Numbered from the stretch's first letter, positions 38,679-49,979 are shown. The stretch: 55,361 bases of DNA from an uncultured Pelagibacteraceae bacterium (GCA_902584215.1 CACHYW010000004.1:1-55361); one strand, 5' to 3'. Numbers and translations: made by a program. Notes: generated from the letters alone by a model not told the origin.

Positions 38679-40502
38679 ATGTGTGGAATAGTAGGTATTA
38701 CTGCAAATGACTCTGTTTCTTCAAACATAATTGGAGCCCTGAAGAAACTTGAGTACCGAGGTTATGATTCAGCAGGGATAGCTATTAATACTGAAAACCA
38801 AATTCACCAAAAGAAAGCAAAAGGTAAGCTTGATAACTTAATACTATCCCTTCAAAAAGATGGTTTTGATGGAAAGGTTGGAATTGGCCACACGAGGTGG
38901 GCTACACATGGCGAGCCATCAGAAAGAAATGCCCATCCTCACTCATCACGAAAAGTCTCTCTCGTCCATAATGGAATTATTGAAAATGCATCTGAGCTTA
39001 AAAGTAGAGCAGAATTAAAAAACTATAACTTTGAGTCTGATACTGACTCTGAAGTTATAACAGCGCTGATTACTCATTATCTCAATCAAGGTCATGATCA
39101 TATGGAGTCGGTTAAACAAGCAATATCACTTTTGGAGGGTTCTTATGCGTTAGCTATCATCTTTAGTGACCTTAAGGATAAAATAATAGGTGCGAGGAAT
39201 GGAAGTCCTCTGGTAGCGGGAACCGATGGCAACTCCAGCTCATTAGGATCTGATTCAATAGCATTAAGCTCAATTGCAAAAAAAGTATGTTACTTAGAAG
39301 ATGGTGACATTGTTGTGCTAAGTAGAGAAAATGTTGAAATCTATAATTCATCAGGAGATAAAGCCAATAGAGAATTTGTTGATATTGGTATTATGGATAC
39401 AGAAGTCAGCAAGGGATCATACAATCATTTTATGGAAAAAGAGATTCATGAGCATCCTAAGGCTGTTGGCGAAACATTTAGACAATTCATTGATCATGAT
39501 CAGGGGATAATTTCAGTTGATGATATAGGACTAAATTTCAATGATATTTTAAAGATACATTTAATTGCTTGTGGCACAGCATATTACTCTTGCTTGGTTG
39601 CAAAATATTATTTTGAACAATATGCGAGACTACCCGTAGAGTGTGATATGGCATCTGAGTTTAGATACCGAGATCCTGTTCTTGATAATAAGGCATTATA
39701 TATATTTGTTTCTCAATCAGGTGAAACCGCAGATACAAAAGCGGCCTTAGACTACTGCAAAGATGCTAAGGTTAAAACACTCAGTATTGTAAATGTTATA
39801 AATAGCTCAATTGCAAGAGAAAGTGATTACTGTTTATATACGAAAGCGGGAGCAGAAATTGGTGTAGCTTCCACAAAAGCATTTACGGCACAATTGTCGG
39901 TGCTGTTATCAATGGCGCTGCATTGTGGTACCAAGAATAAGAATGTTACAATCGATAAGAATAAAGAGATTTGCAAAGAAATTATGCAGGCTCCACAAAT
40001 TCTAGAGAAGACAATTAAAAGATCTTATGAATTAAAAGAAACGGCAAAAGCCATCATAGACTCAAAAGGTGTAATGTATTTAGGAAGAGGAACAGCTTTT
40101 CCTCTCGCCTTAGAAGGTGCGCTAAAATTCAAAGAAATCTCTTATATACATGCGGAAGGTTATCCAGCTGGCGAAATGAAACACGGTCCACTTGCCTTGA
40201 TTGAAAAAGATTTGCCAGTAGTATGCATCGTTCCACCCGGTCCCTTATTTCATAAGACAGTCTCTAATATTCAGGAGGTCATTGCTCGAGGTGGTAGAAT
40301 ATTAATGATTACAGATGATGAAAGCCTTGAGTCCAGCTCTGAAAACATATGGAAGATTTTTAGATTACCAAAAACACCTAAATCGATTGAAGCTATTATA
40401 TATTCTGTACCAATACACATGTTGGCATATTATACAGCTGTTGAACTAGGCAATGATGTAGACCAACCCCGCAATCTTGCTAAATCAGTTACAGTTGAAT
40501 AG
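38679..40502 (+). CDS. glmS: Glutamine-fructose-6-phosphate aminotransferase
   Basis: MCGIVG, GHTRWATHG, SQSGET and PRNLAKSVTVE motifs. Confidence 0.98.
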   Translation: MCGIVGITANDSVSSNIIGALKKLEYRGYDSAGIAINTENQIHQKKAKGKLDNLILSLQKDGFDGKVGIGHTRWATHGEPSERNAHPHSSRKVSLVHNGIIENASELKSRAELKNYNFESDTDSEVITALITHYLNQGHDHMESVKQAISLLEGSYALAIIFSDLKDKIIGARNGSPLVAGTDGNSSSLGSDSIALSSIAKKVCYLEDGDIVVLSRENVEIYNSSGDKANREFVDIGIMDTEVSKGSYNHFMEKEIHEHPKAVGETFRQFIDHDQGIISVDDIGLNFNDILKIHLIACGTAYYSCLVAKYYFEQYARLPVECDMASEFRYRDPVLDNKALYIFVSQSGETADTKAALDYCKDAKVKTLSIVNVINSSIARESDYCLYTKAGAEIGVASTKAFTAQLSVLLSMALHCGTKNKNVTIDKNKEICKEIMQAPQILEKTIKRSYELKETAKAIIDSKGVMYLGRGTAFPLALEGALKFKEISYIHAEGYPAGEMKHGPLALIEKDLPVVCIVPPGPLFHKTVSNIQEVIARGGRILMITDDESLESSSENIWKIFRLPKTPKSIEAIIYSVPIHMLAYYTAVELGNDVDQPRNLAKSVTVE

Positions 40503-40520
40503 TTAATTAATTAAATATTA

Positions 40521-41045
40521 ATGAGCGAGTTTAAAAATTTAATAGTACTTGGACCATTCATATACGCTATCCATCACTTTGAAGAACATATTATTTTTAA
40601 TTTTAGGGAATGGAGAATAAAATATTTTTCTGACAATAATTCAATCCCAACCGAAGTCATCTTAATTATATTGTCATGCTTATTGTTACTTTTTATTTTT
40701 TTTCACCTAATTAAAAAAAATCGAGCAAGTGCACATCTTGTGCTATTTTTTTTAATGACTACCCAAGTTGTAAATGCTTTTTTTCATGTATTCTTTAGTT
40801 TTTATTACAACGATTTTAGTCCAGGAACAATTACGGGCATTATTCTCTATTTACCAATAAATATTTTGATTATTTCTGCTGCATTCAAAGAGAGTTTTCT
40901 TAAAAGTCATATTGAATTAGCAATGATTGGACTAATCGGAATTGCAACCTTCACTCTATTTGAATTATTTGGCCCAATTGTTATTGGCCTATCAATAATA
41001 GTCTCTTTTTTATACTATACGTTTTTTAAAAATAAATTAATATAA
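40521..41045 (+). CDS. HXXEE-domain membrane protein
   Basis: HHFEE, NAFFH and SPG motifs; hydrophobic. Confidence 0.82.
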   Translation: MSEFKNLIVLGPFIYAIHHFEEHIIFNFREWRIKYFSDNNSIPTEVILIILSCLLLLFIFFHLIKKNRASAHLVLFFLMTTQVVNAFFHVFFSFYYNDFSPGTITGIILYLPINILIISAAFKESFLKSHIELAMIGLIGIATFTLFELFGPIVIGLSIIVSFLYYTFFKNKLI

Positions 41046-41050
41046 GTTCC

Positions 41051-41734
41051 ATGACAGTAACTCTCAAAACAGAAGCTGATGTATCAATCATTCATATGGA
41101 TGATGGTAAAGTAAATGTTTTTTCACCAGAGATGATTCAGAATTTTGAAAAAATTATGGATCAAATACCAACTAATAAGGGTTCAGTTTTAATTACAGGA
41201 AGACCTGGTATGTTTTCAGCTGGATTTGATTTAAAGGTTATGATGTCTAGTCCTGAAAATGCTGCCGCCATGGTAAAATCTGGCTTCTTAATGTTGAAAA
41301 GAGTTTTCTCATTTCCTCGTCCTGTAGTTGCTGCATGTAGTGGACACGCTATTGCCCTCGGGGCTTTTCTTTTATGCAGCAGTGATTACCGTGTTGGCTG
41401 TGAAGGTGACTTCAAGGTTGGGGCAAATGAATTAAGAAACAATATGATTGTGCCAACACCTATTTTAGAAATTGCAAAATTTAAATTAACAAAATCACAC
41501 AAGCAAAGGGCACTTCTTAATGCTGAAATGTATTCAATAAAAGATTCTGTTGAACCAGGATATATTGATGAAGTTGCAAGTCCTGAAAGTTTTTATGATG
41601 TCGCACTAGCTAAAGCTAAAGATTTAGCAACTTTGGCACATCCTCAATATGATCAAACTAAGAAACTTGATCAGGAAGACGTGTTGCCTAAAATTAGCAA
41701 AGGTATAGAACAAATCACCTCACCTGTTGGGTAA
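41051..41734 (+). CDS. Crotonase/enoyl-CoA hydratase family
   Basis: MDDGKVN, FSAGFDL and GHAIALGAFLL motifs. Confidence 0.9.
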   Translation: MTVTLKTEADVSIIHMDDGKVNVFSPEMIQNFEKIMDQIPTNKGSVLITGRPGMFSAGFDLKVMMSSPENAAAMVKSGFLMLKRVFSFPRPVVAACSGHAIALGAFLLCSSDYRVGCEGDFKVGANELRNNMIVPTPILEIAKFKLTKSHKQRALLNAEMYSIKDSVEPGYIDEVASPESFYDVALAKAKDLATLAHPQYDQTKKLDQEDVLPKISKGIEQITSPVG

Positions 41735-41830
41735 ATCAAATTTATCTAATAAAATCAATATATTTAGCTAAGACTCTAGTAATTTAGATTATTTGGTACT
41801 ATAAGGCTGAAAAATATAGAGTTTTTAAAA

Positions 41831-43210
41831 ATGAGTAAATGGACGATAAATAGTTGGAGAGGACATAAGGCAAAACATATTCCTGAATACCCCAACAAAT
41901 CAGAGTTAGAAAAAACCGAAAGCCAACTTAAAACATATCCACCTCTAGTTTTTGCAGGGGAAGCAAGAGATTTAAAAAGACATCTTGCTAAAGTCTCAGA
42001 AGGAAAGGCGTTTCTATTACAAGGTGGAGATTGTGCAGAAAGTTTTGACGACTTCAATGCTGATTACATAAGAGATACTTTCAAAGTTCTTTTACAAATG
42101 TCAGTGACACTTACAGCAGCAGGCAATTGTCCAGTTGTTAAAGTTGGAAGAATGGCAGGACAATTTGCTAAACCAAGAAGTTCACCTAAAGAAGAAATTG
42201 ATGGAGTTGAGTTAGAAAGTTATAAAGGCGATATCATTAATGATATGGAGTTTACTGAGTCTTCAAGAGTGCCTGATCCTCAAAGAATGATCAGAGCATA
42301 CACTCAATCAGCAGCAACTCTCAATTTATTAAGAGCATTTGCAAAGGGTGGTTTTTCTGACCTTAATAAAGTTCACCAATGGAACATGGGTTTTGTTGAT
42401 GAGAGTCCTCAAGGAAAAAAATTCAGAGATTTAGCTGACAAAATATCAGATACACTATCTTTTATGGATGCCATTGGTATCTCATCTGGCAATACGAAAA
42501 GATTAAGAAACGTTGATTTTTTTACAAGTCATGAAGCACTCCTTTTACCATATGAGGAATGTTTAACACGTACAGATAGTACGACTGGTGAAGTCTACGA
42601 TACATCCGCTCACATGGTGTGGATAGGTGACAGGACAAGACAACTTGATGGAGCCCACGTAGAATTTTGTAGGGGCATTAAAAATCCTATTGGAATTAAG
42701 TGTGGTCCAACTTTAGATCCCGATGAATTAAAGAAATTGATCGATGTTTTAAATCCCGAAAATGAAGCAGGTAAAATTACCCTCATTTGTAGATTTGGGG
42801 TTGATAATGTTGAAGAGAAGTTGCCCAAATTAATTGGCCCTTTTGCTAACTCAGATTACAACCTTGTTTGGTCATGTGACCCCATGCACGGTAATACTAT
42901 GAAAGCTAATTCTGGCTTTAAGACCAGACCTTTTGAGAGGGTTATTCAAGAAGTTGAGTCATTTTTTGATATACACCACTCTCTAGGAACATATCCTGGT
43001 GGAGTTCATTTGGAGATGACAGGGCAAAACGTGACTGAGTGCATTGGCGGTGCCCAAGCTATAAAAGATGAAGATTTATCTGCTAGATACCATACTCATT
43101 GTGACCCTAGACTTAACGCAAACCAGGCATTAGAACTTGCCTTCTTAATATCTGACAAGCTCAGAGAATCTCAAGAACCTCACAAGTCAAAAATTATAAT
43201 TGCCAAGTAA
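41831..43210 (+). CDS. Class II DAHP synthase
   Basis: [34 protein letters not shown] and CDPRLN motifs. Confidence 0.96.
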   Translation: MSKWTINSWRGHKAKHIPEYPNKSELEKTESQLKTYPPLVFAGEARDLKRHLAKVSEGKAFLLQGGDCAESFDDFNADYIRDTFKVLLQMSVTLTAAGNCPVVKVGRMAGQFAKPRSSPKEEIDGVELESYKGDIINDMEFTESSRVPDPQRMIRAYTQSAATLNLLRAFAKGGFSDLNKVHQWNMGFVDESPQGKKFRDLADKISDTLSFMDAIGISSGNTKRLRNVDFFTSHEALLLPYEECLTRTDSTTGEVYDTSAHMVWIGDRTRQLDGAHVEFCRGIKNPIGIKCGPTLDPDELKKLIDVLNPENEAGKITLICRFGVDNVEEKLPKLIGPFANSDYNLVWSCDPMHGNTMKANSGFKTRPFERVIQEVESFFDIHHSLGTYPGGVHLEMTGQNVTECIGGAQAIKDEDLSARYHTHCDPRLNANQALELAFLISDKLRESQEPHKSKIIIAK

Positions 43211-43238
43211 TTGCGACTAAATTAATTAGTTGTAATAT
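43211..43238 (+). promoter_or_regulatory. Putative promoter of the nadE operon (leaderless geometry)
   Basis: TTGCGA-16 nt-TAATAT, then 7 nt to ATG 43246. Confidence 0.45.
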
Positions 43239-43245
43239 CAGTCAA

Positions 43246-44892
43246 ATGACAGAAAAAATTTCATTATTAGTAGTTCAATCAAACCCAGTTGTTGGGAATA
43301 TTGCATTCAACAAACAGATCGTTATTGACCACTTACAAAATAATAATTCTGATCTAATTTTATTTTCAGAGCTTATGTTAACTGGTTACCCGCCAGAGGA
43401 TTTAATTTTGAAGCCTGCTTTTATGAAAAAAGTTCATGAAGCTGTTGATGAAATTGTCAATTTATCAAAAGGGAAGCACCCAACTCTTGTACTTGGTACA
43501 CCTTGGTTAGATGAAAGTAATTTATTTAATGCTGCAGTAGTCATTCATGACGGAAAGATCTTACATAAACATTACAAGATGGCACTTCCAAACTATGGAG
43601 TATTTGATGAAAAGAGAATATTTTCAAATGGTGAAAAAGTAAGTGTTATAGATTTTAAAGGTATTAATCTGGGGATATTTATTTGTGAAGATATTTGGGT
43701 AAATCAAACCATCACTGAAATTGGTGAACAACAAATCGATCTTGCTGTTTCTCTCAATGCGTCTCCTTTTGATATTAATAAAATCAACGAAAGAGAAAAA
43801 AAAGCTATCGAATTTTCAAAATCTATCGCAGCACCTCTCATCTATGTTAATCAAGTAGGGGGTCAGGATGAAATAGTCTTTGATGGAAGCTCATTCCTGA
43901 ATGATCAAGAAAAAGTTATCTACAAACTTAAGCACTGTCAGTCAGAGTCTAAGGAATTTTTATTTGATGAAGACCATAAATTTTTAATAGAAGATACGTT
44001 TTCTGATCATACAGATATGAATGATGTCATTTACTCCAGTTTAATCTTGGGTCTAAGAGATTATGTTGAAAAGAATAATTTTCCAGGCGTTGTATTAGGA
44101 ATATCAGGAGGAATTGATAGTGCTTTTAGTGCAGCTGTTGCCACTGATGCACTTGGTCCTTCAAGAGTAAAAGGTATCTTAATGCCCTCAAAATATACGA
44201 GTATTGAGAGCAATACAGACGCATCAGAACTAGGCAACAATTTAGGCATTGAACTTATGAACATATCTATCAATGACATTGTCAATTCCTACGACAACAC
44301 ACTTAATGATCTTTTTTCTGGAACAGAAAAAGACATCACCGAGGAAAACATTCAATCGCGAACAAGAGGAGCGATTTTGATGGCCTATTCAAACAAATTT
44401 GGCTACATGGTTATCACCAATGGTAATAAATCTGAGGTATCTGTTGGCTATTCGACACTCTATGGAGATATGTGTGGAGGGTTCTCTGTTGTTAAAGACA
44501 TTTATAAAACTGACCTATTTAAATTGTCGGAATGGAGAAACAAAAATAAGCCCTCTTTATCGTTGCTCGATAAAAATGAGATTATACCAAATAACATTAT
44601 AACCAAGGAACCTACAGCTGAATTAAAAGAAGATCAGAAAGACAGTGACTCACTTCCACCTTATGATGTATTGGATAAAGTATTGTACCATCTTGTTGAA
44701 AAGGAAAGTTCAGTAAAAGAGATTGTAGATCAAGGATTTGATAAAGAATTAGTTAAAAGAATTCAAAATCTACTCTACAATTCGGAATATAAAAGAAGAC
44801 AAGCAGCGCCAGGCGTGAAGATTTCTGAAAGAAATTTTGGCTATGACAGAAGATATCCGATCACAAATGCATTTAGAGATATGGAAAATTAA
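43246..44892 (+). CDS. nadE: Glutamine-dependent NAD+ synthetase
   Basis: Nitrilase triad (FSEL, YK..LPNYGVFDE, ICED) plus SGGIDS, GNKSE and YKRRQ. Confidence 0.96.
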   Translation: MTEKISLLVVQSNPVVGNIAFNKQIVIDHLQNNNSDLILFSELMLTGYPPEDLILKPAFMKKVHEAVDEIVNLSKGKHPTLVLGTPWLDESNLFNAAVVIHDGKILHKHYKMALPNYGVFDEKRIFSNGEKVSVIDFKGINLGIFICEDIWVNQTITEIGEQQIDLAVSLNASPFDINKINEREKKAIEFSKSIAAPLIYVNQVGGQDEIVFDGSSFLNDQEKVIYKLKHCQSESKEFLFDEDHKFLIEDTFSDHTDMNDVIYSSLILGLRDYVEKNNFPGVVLGISGGIDSAFSAAVATDALGPSRVKGILMPSKYTSIESNTDASELGNNLGIELMNISINDIVNSYDNTLNDLFSGTEKDITEENIQSRTRGAILMAYSNKFGYMVITNGNKSEVSVGYSTLYGDMCGGFSVVKDIYKTDLFKLSEWRNKNKPSLSLLDKNEIIPNNIITKEPTAELKEDQKDSDSLPPYDVLDKVLYHLVEKESSVKEIVDQGFDKELVKRIQNLLYNSEYKRRQAAPGVKISERNFGYDRRYPITNAFRDMEN

Positions 44893-46221
44893 ATGACAAC
44901 AGTAACAAGGTTTGCACCAAGTCCAACAGGTTTATTGCATCTTGGAAACATTAGAACAGCATTAATTAATTGGCTGTATGCACGTACCAACAATGGGAAA
45001 TTCATTTTAAGAATTGATGATACTGATTTAGAACGATCAAAAGATGAATATATTTCTCAGATCAAATATGATCTTGATTGGCTGGGCATTGATTTTGATG
45101 AAACGTTCAATCAATCGTCTCGTTTCGACAGATACAGGGAGCAATTCGAGAAATTAAAAGCTGATGGCAGAATTTACCCTTGCTATGAAACACCCGAAGA
45201 ACTTGAAAGAAAAAGAAAATTGCTCATCGCAGCTGGTGGCAAGCAAGTGTACGACCGGTCTGCAATGGAATTAACAGACCAACAAAAGAAAGACTACGAA
45301 GCAGAAGGAAGAAAACCCCACTGGAGATTCTTATTAAAAACTGAACGTATGAAATGGGATGATTTGCTTAAAGGTGAAATAGATATAGACCTCACTAGTT
45401 TGTCTGACCCTGTTTTGTTTAGAGAGGACGGTGTTCCTTTGTATACTTTTAGTTCAGCTGTAGATGATATTGACTACGGTATAACCAACGTAATTAGAGG
45501 AGATGATCATACGAGCAATACGGCTGTTCAAGTAGAAATTATTAATGCCTTGGATCAAAATAAAATAACCTTTGCCCATCACGCCTTACTAAAAGCATCA
45601 AGTGGAGATAAATTATCAAAACGAGACAATGTCATATCCATTAGTAGTTTTAGGGAGGCGAATATGGAGCCCATATCAATACTAAGTTTATTGGCGACCA
45701 TCGGTACGTCTAATTCTATCGAATTAAAAGACAATATAGATCAAATAAAAAGTGAATTTAAATTGAGTACAATTTCAACGTCACCTGGTCGAATTGAAAT
45801 TGATGTATTGAATGCTCTCAATAAAAAACAGGTTCAAAAATACAATTTTAGCGAGATCGAAGAGAGATTAAAAAAGATTGATGAAAAAATTGATCAAAAG
45901 TTTTGGGAAACAATCAGAGGCAATCTGAATGTTGTTGAAGATATAAAACAATGGACGGACATTGTATTTAATAGTGAGACCATTAAGCCTTCTGATAAAG
46001 ATTATATTAAGATTGCAATAGAATTGATCCCTGATGATCCATGGAATGATGAAACATGGGGACTATGGACTTCGGCCATAAAAGAGAAAACTGGCAGAAA
46101 AGGAAAAGATTTATTCTTGCCTCTTAGAGAAGCCTTTACAGGACTTAATCACGGTCCAGAAATGAAACTACTTATCCAATTACTGGGCAGAGAAAAAATC
46201 ATAGAAAGAGTTGAGTTATAA
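44893..46221 (+). CDS. gltX: Glutamate-tRNA ligase
   Basis: RFAPSPTG.LHLGN, LRIDDTD, KLSKR and anticodon-domain LFLPLR..TG..HGPE. Confidence 0.95.
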   Translation: MTTVTRFAPSPTGLLHLGNIRTALINWLYARTNNGKFILRIDDTDLERSKDEYISQIKYDLDWLGIDFDETFNQSSRFDRYREQFEKLKADGRIYPCYETPEELERKRKLLIAAGGKQVYDRSAMELTDQQKKDYEAEGRKPHWRFLLKTERMKWDDLLKGEIDIDLTSLSDPVLFREDGVPLYTFSSAVDDIDYGITNVIRGDDHTSNTAVQVEIINALDQNKITFAHHALLKASSGDKLSKRDNVISISSFREANMEPISILSLLATIGTSNSIELKDNIDQIKSEFKLSTISTSPGRIEIDVLNALNKKQVQKYNFSEIEERLKKIDEKIDQKFWETIRGNLNVVEDIKQWTDIVFNSETIKPSDKDYIKIAIELIPDDPWNDETWGLWTSAIKEKTGRKGKDLFLPLREAFTGLNHGPEMKLLIQLLGREKIIERVEL

Positions 46222-47586
46222 ATGGCACTAAATTTATACGACACATTCTCAAACTCAAAAAAAAAGTTTGAACCAATTAATCCAAAAAATATCAGAATGT
46301 ATGTTTGTGGTCCCACAGTATACGACTATCCACATGTAGGAAACGCAAGACCTGTTATAGTTTTTGATATTTTATTTCGAATTCTTCAAAACATATACGG
46401 TACTGAGCATGTAACATACGTGAGAAATATAACTGACGTTGATGATAAGATTATAAATGCCTCTCAAGAAAATAATGAAGACATCAATGAATTAACTTCA
46501 AGAACCATTAATTATTTTCACGCTGATGCGAAATATATAGGAGCAATGGAGCCCTCCTTTGAGCCCAGAGCAACGGATCACATAGCTGAAATGATCAATA
46601 TTATTGAGACGTTAATTGAAAAAAATTATGCCTATGTTGCAGAGAATAACGTTCTTTTTTCATCTACTAAATTTTCTAAATACGGATCATTATCAGGAAA
46701 AAATCTTGAAGAAATGATTGCTGGATCAAGAGTTGATGTTGAAAGCTATAAGCAAGAAGCTTCAGATTTTATACTATGGAAGCCTTCTAAAGATAACGAG
46801 CCTGGATGGGACAGTCCATGGGGCAAGGGAAGGCCTGGATGGCATATAGAGTGTTCTGCAATGAGTGAAAAATTATTAGGTAAAACATTTGATATTCATG
46901 GTGGTGGGCAAGATTTAATTTTCCCACATCACGAAAATGAAATAGCTCAAAGTGAGTGTGCTAACGGAGAAAAATTTGCAAATTATTGGGTTCATAATGG
47001 CTTTGTCACAGTCGAAGGAAATAAAATGGCAAAATCTGATGGAAATTTTGTAACGGTAAATGAACTTAAAGAAAAATATCAAGGAGAGGTTATTAGATTT
47101 ACCATGATACTTACTCATTATCGTCAGCCATTGAATTGGACAAATGATAATCTGCAAGAGAGTAAAAAAACACTAGATAAGTGGTACCAATATTTTTCTG
47201 AAGTTGATTTTAAGCCTGACTTAAGCACGAAGATTGATGAAAATGTAATGAACGCACTAAATGATGACATGAATACGCCTCAGGCAATAGCTGAATTGCA
47301 TAAATTATTCAAAAATTGTAAAAGTACCAATCCAGATTCATTAAATAAATTTTTAATTTCGGCTCAATTTCTTGGATTGATGAATGATGAACCTTCTCAA
47401 TGGTTATCATGGGGTAAAGATAATATAAGTGTAGATCAAAATAAGATTGAGTCATTGATTGCTCAAAGAAACACTGCAAGAGTAAATAAAGATTTTTCTG
47501 AAGCTGATAGAATTAGAGATGAGTTGGAAAATCTAGGAATAGTACTAGAAGATAAAGGTACAGAAACCACATGGAAAACTAAATAA
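46222..47586 (+). CDS. cysS: Cysteine-tRNA ligase
   Basis: CGPTVY..HVGN, GRPGWHIECS, FPHHENE and KMAKS motifs. Confidence 0.98.
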   Translation: MALNLYDTFSNSKKKFEPINPKNIRMYVCGPTVYDYPHVGNARPVIVFDILFRILQNIYGTEHVTYVRNITDVDDKIINASQENNEDINELTSRTINYFHADAKYIGAMEPSFEPRATDHIAEMINIIETLIEKNYAYVAENNVLFSSTKFSKYGSLSGKNLEEMIAGSRVDVESYKQEASDFILWKPSKDNEPGWDSPWGKGRPGWHIECSAMSEKLLGKTFDIHGGGQDLIFPHHENEIAQSECANGEKFANYWVHNGFVTVEGNKMAKSDGNFVTVNELKEKYQGEVIRFTMILTHYRQPLNWTNDNLQESKKTLDKWYQYFSEVDFKPDLSTKIDENVMNALNDDMNTPQAIAELHKLFKNCKSTNPDSLNKFLISAQFLGLMNDEPSQWLSWGKDNISVDQNKIESLIAQRNTARVNKDFSEADRIRDELENLGIVLEDKGTETTWKTK

Positions 47587-49185
47587 ATGAAAGAAAAATT
47601 ATTTATATTTGATACGACACTGAGAGACGGAGCGCAAACTTACGGCGTTGATTTTAACGTAGATGAGAAAAAAATTCTCGCATCAAAGCTTGATGCCTTA
47701 GGCGTTGATTATATTGAAGGTGGATGGCCTGGAGCAAATGAAACTGATACACAATTTTTCGCTGAAAAAATGGAATTTAAAAATTCTACGTTTACGGCTT
47801 TTGGCATGACTAAAAAGACAGGAAGGAGTGCTGAAAATGATCCTGGTTTAGCTGCCATGATTAACGTAAGCGCCCCGTCAGCTTGCGTAGTGGGTAAGTC
47901 TTGGGATTTCCATGTAGATTTAGCGTTAGGTATTTCAAATGATGAAAACTTAGTAAATATTGCGGAGTCTGTTAACTTTTTATCAAGCAGCAAGAAGGAA
48001 GTTCATTTTGATGCTGAACATTTCTTTGATGGCTTCAAAGCTAATCCTCAATATGCAATAAAGTGTTTAAAAGCAGCACAAGATAATGGGGCAAAGTGGA
48101 TGGTTCTTTGTGATACTAATGGAGGCACATTACCCCATGAAGTAGAACAGATTGTTTCAGAAGTTGTAAAGGATATTCCAGGTGATCAACTTGGCATTCA
48201 CGCACATAATGATACTGGAAATGCTGTAGCAAATTCATTAGCCGCAGTTCATGCTGGGGTCAGACAAGTACAAGGTACGATTAATGGACTTGGTGAACGA
48301 TGCGGAAATGCTAATTTAATTACTCTTCTTCCTACTTTTGCTTTGAAGGATGAATATATCGAAAAATTTGATCTATCCATTGATACTAAAAATCTTGGTC
48401 AGTTAACGGAACTTTCAAGACTTTTAGATGAAATATTAAATCGTGTACCCAATAGAACAGCACCTTATGTAGGCTCGGCAGCATTTGCGCATAAAGGGGG
48501 ATTGCACGTTTCAGCAGTAAACAAAGATCCTAAAACTTATGAACATATTGATCCTGAGTTAGTGGGCAATCATCGCCAAATCATCATTTCAGAACAATCA
48601 GGAAAATCAAATATTCTTGCACGATTAAAATCCACTGGGATACAGATTAATAACGATGATCAAACGATACAAAAAATTCTCGATCGAGTAAAAGAACGGG
48701 AATTTATTGGATACTCATACGATGGTGCCGATGCTTCATTTGAAATTTTAGTGAAAAAGGTCATTGCTGAAATGCCAACTTATTTTGAAGTTATTAATTT
48801 TAATGTGAATGTAAAGAATTCAGGTGGGGAAGGTAAAACAATATCAGATGCCGAAGTTAAATTAAAATTTGGCAAAGAAGAACTTATAGGTACGGGACAA
48901 GGTGTAGGACCGGTTAATGCATTAGACAATGCTTTGAGGAATAACTTTCAATCAAGTGGTTATGCTGAATTGATCAAGGATTTATCTCTTATCGACTATA
49001 AAGTGAGAATTTTAAACACAGGAACCGATGCGATTACCAGAGTATCAATTGAGAGTTCTGATAAAGATAAAAAGAGTTGGTACACAATTGGTGTTTCAGA
49101 AAATATTATAGAGGCTTCCTTTAGGGCGCTGATTGATAGTGTTGAGTACAAATTGATGAAAGAAAAGGCTACGGTTCTTAGTTAG
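47587..49185 (+). CDS. cimA: Citramalate synthase
   Basis: DTTLRDGAQ, DAEHFFDG, HAHND, AHKGGLH and L.DYKVRIL motifs. Confidence 0.88.
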   Translation: MKEKLFIFDTTLRDGAQTYGVDFNVDEKKILASKLDALGVDYIEGGWPGANETDTQFFAEKMEFKNSTFTAFGMTKKTGRSAENDPGLAAMINVSAPSACVVGKSWDFHVDLALGISNDENLVNIAESVNFLSSSKKEVHFDAEHFFDGFKANPQYAIKCLKAAQDNGAKWMVLCDTNGGTLPHEVEQIVSEVVKDIPGDQLGIHAHNDTGNAVANSLAAVHAGVRQVQGTINGLGERCGNANLITLLPTFALKDEYIEKFDLSIDTKNLGQLTELSRLLDEILNRVPNRTAPYVGSAAFAHKGGLHVSAVNKDPKTYEHIDPELVGNHRQIIISEQSGKSNILARLKSTGIQINNDDQTIQKILDRVKEREFIGYSYDGADASFEILVKKVIAEMPTYFEVINFNVNVKNSGGEGKTISDAEVKLKFGKEELIGTGQGVGPVNALDNALRNNFQSSGYAELIKDLSLIDYKVRILNTGTDAITRVSIESSDKDKKSWYTIGVSENIIEASFRALIDSVEYKLMKEKATVLS

Positions 49186-49188
49186 TAC

Positions 49189-49926
49189 ATGTCTTCAAAT
49201 AATATTTCAATTATCTTGGTTGATACTCAACTTCCTGAAAATATAGGTCTGGTTGCACGTTCCATGTATAATTTTGGTTTCTCTGACCTGAGGTTAGTCA
49301 ATCCTAAATTAGATTGGCCATCAGAGAAGGCACATGCAGTATCAGTCGATGCCAAGTCAATTATAGAGAGTGCAAAGGTTTACTCTACCTTAAGAGAAGC
49401 ACTCAGCGATTCCACACTCTCAATTGCGTATACAGCTCGAAAGCGCGATATGAGTAAACAGTTCACTGACAATAAATCTATTATTAAGGAAATACACAAT
49501 GAACACAGTAACGATAAGTTAGCTGTTGTATTTGGCGGTGAAGCATCAGGCTTGACCAATGACCATCTTTCTTTAGTGACAAGGTGTGTGACGATTGATA
49601 CGCATGAGAACTTTTCATCTTTGAATCTTTCACATGCCGTCATTGTATTTTGTTATTCGATATTTTCATTAATGTATGATGATGAAAAAGTAGTTGATGA
49701 GAATTCACTGACGCGCGGCAATCAAAATGAACTGATGCATTTTTTTGATCATATTGAAAAAGAGTTGGAAAACAGAGGCTTCTTTCAACCCGAAGAAAAA
49801 ATGCCAAAAATGAAGCAAAATCTCAGGAATATCTTTCACCGGGCTGATCTCAGCGATAGGGAAATTGCAACACTGAGAGGAGTAGTCACGGTTCTATCAG
49901 ATTATAGGAAAACTGAGGAAATTTAG
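49189..49926 (+). CDS. trmJ: TrmJ-family tRNA 2'-O-methyltransferase (SPOUT)
   Basis: [25 protein letters not shown] and E..TLRGV motifs. Confidence 0.85.
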   Translation: MSSNNISIILVDTQLPENIGLVARSMYNFGFSDLRLVNPKLDWPSEKAHAVSVDAKSIIESAKVYSTLREALSDSTLSIAYTARKRDMSKQFTDNKSIIKEIHNEHSNDKLAVVFGGEASGLTNDHLSLVTRCVTIDTHENFSSLNLSHAVIVFCYSIFSLMYDDEKVVDENSLTRGNQNELMHFFDHIEKELENRGFFQPEEKMPKMKQNLRNIFHRADLSDREIATLRGVVTVLSDYRKTEEI

Positions 49927-49935
49927 TATTCTGGT

Positions 49936-49963
49936 TTGACAATATTCAGGAAAACAGTATAAA
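49936..49963 (+). promoter_or_regulatory. Putative sigma70 promoter of rpsD
   Basis: TTGACA-16 nt-TATAAA, ending 16 nt before the ATG. Confidence 0.6.
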
Positions 49964-49979
49964 CCACGGATCACAATAT

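Noticed and set aside
40470-40560. Tn7 insertion at the glmS att site
   Set aside because: No TGT...ACA ends, TnsB repeats, target duplication or tns genes seen.
41776-42057. 93-aa ORF antisense to the DAHP synthase 5' end
   Set aside because: Mirror of a conserved sense frame with no independent support.
45061-45780. Seemingly more GC-rich stretch within gltX (possible recombined segment)
   Set aside because: Impression by eye only; amino-acid composition could explain it. It needs a GC3 sliding window and phylogenetic test.
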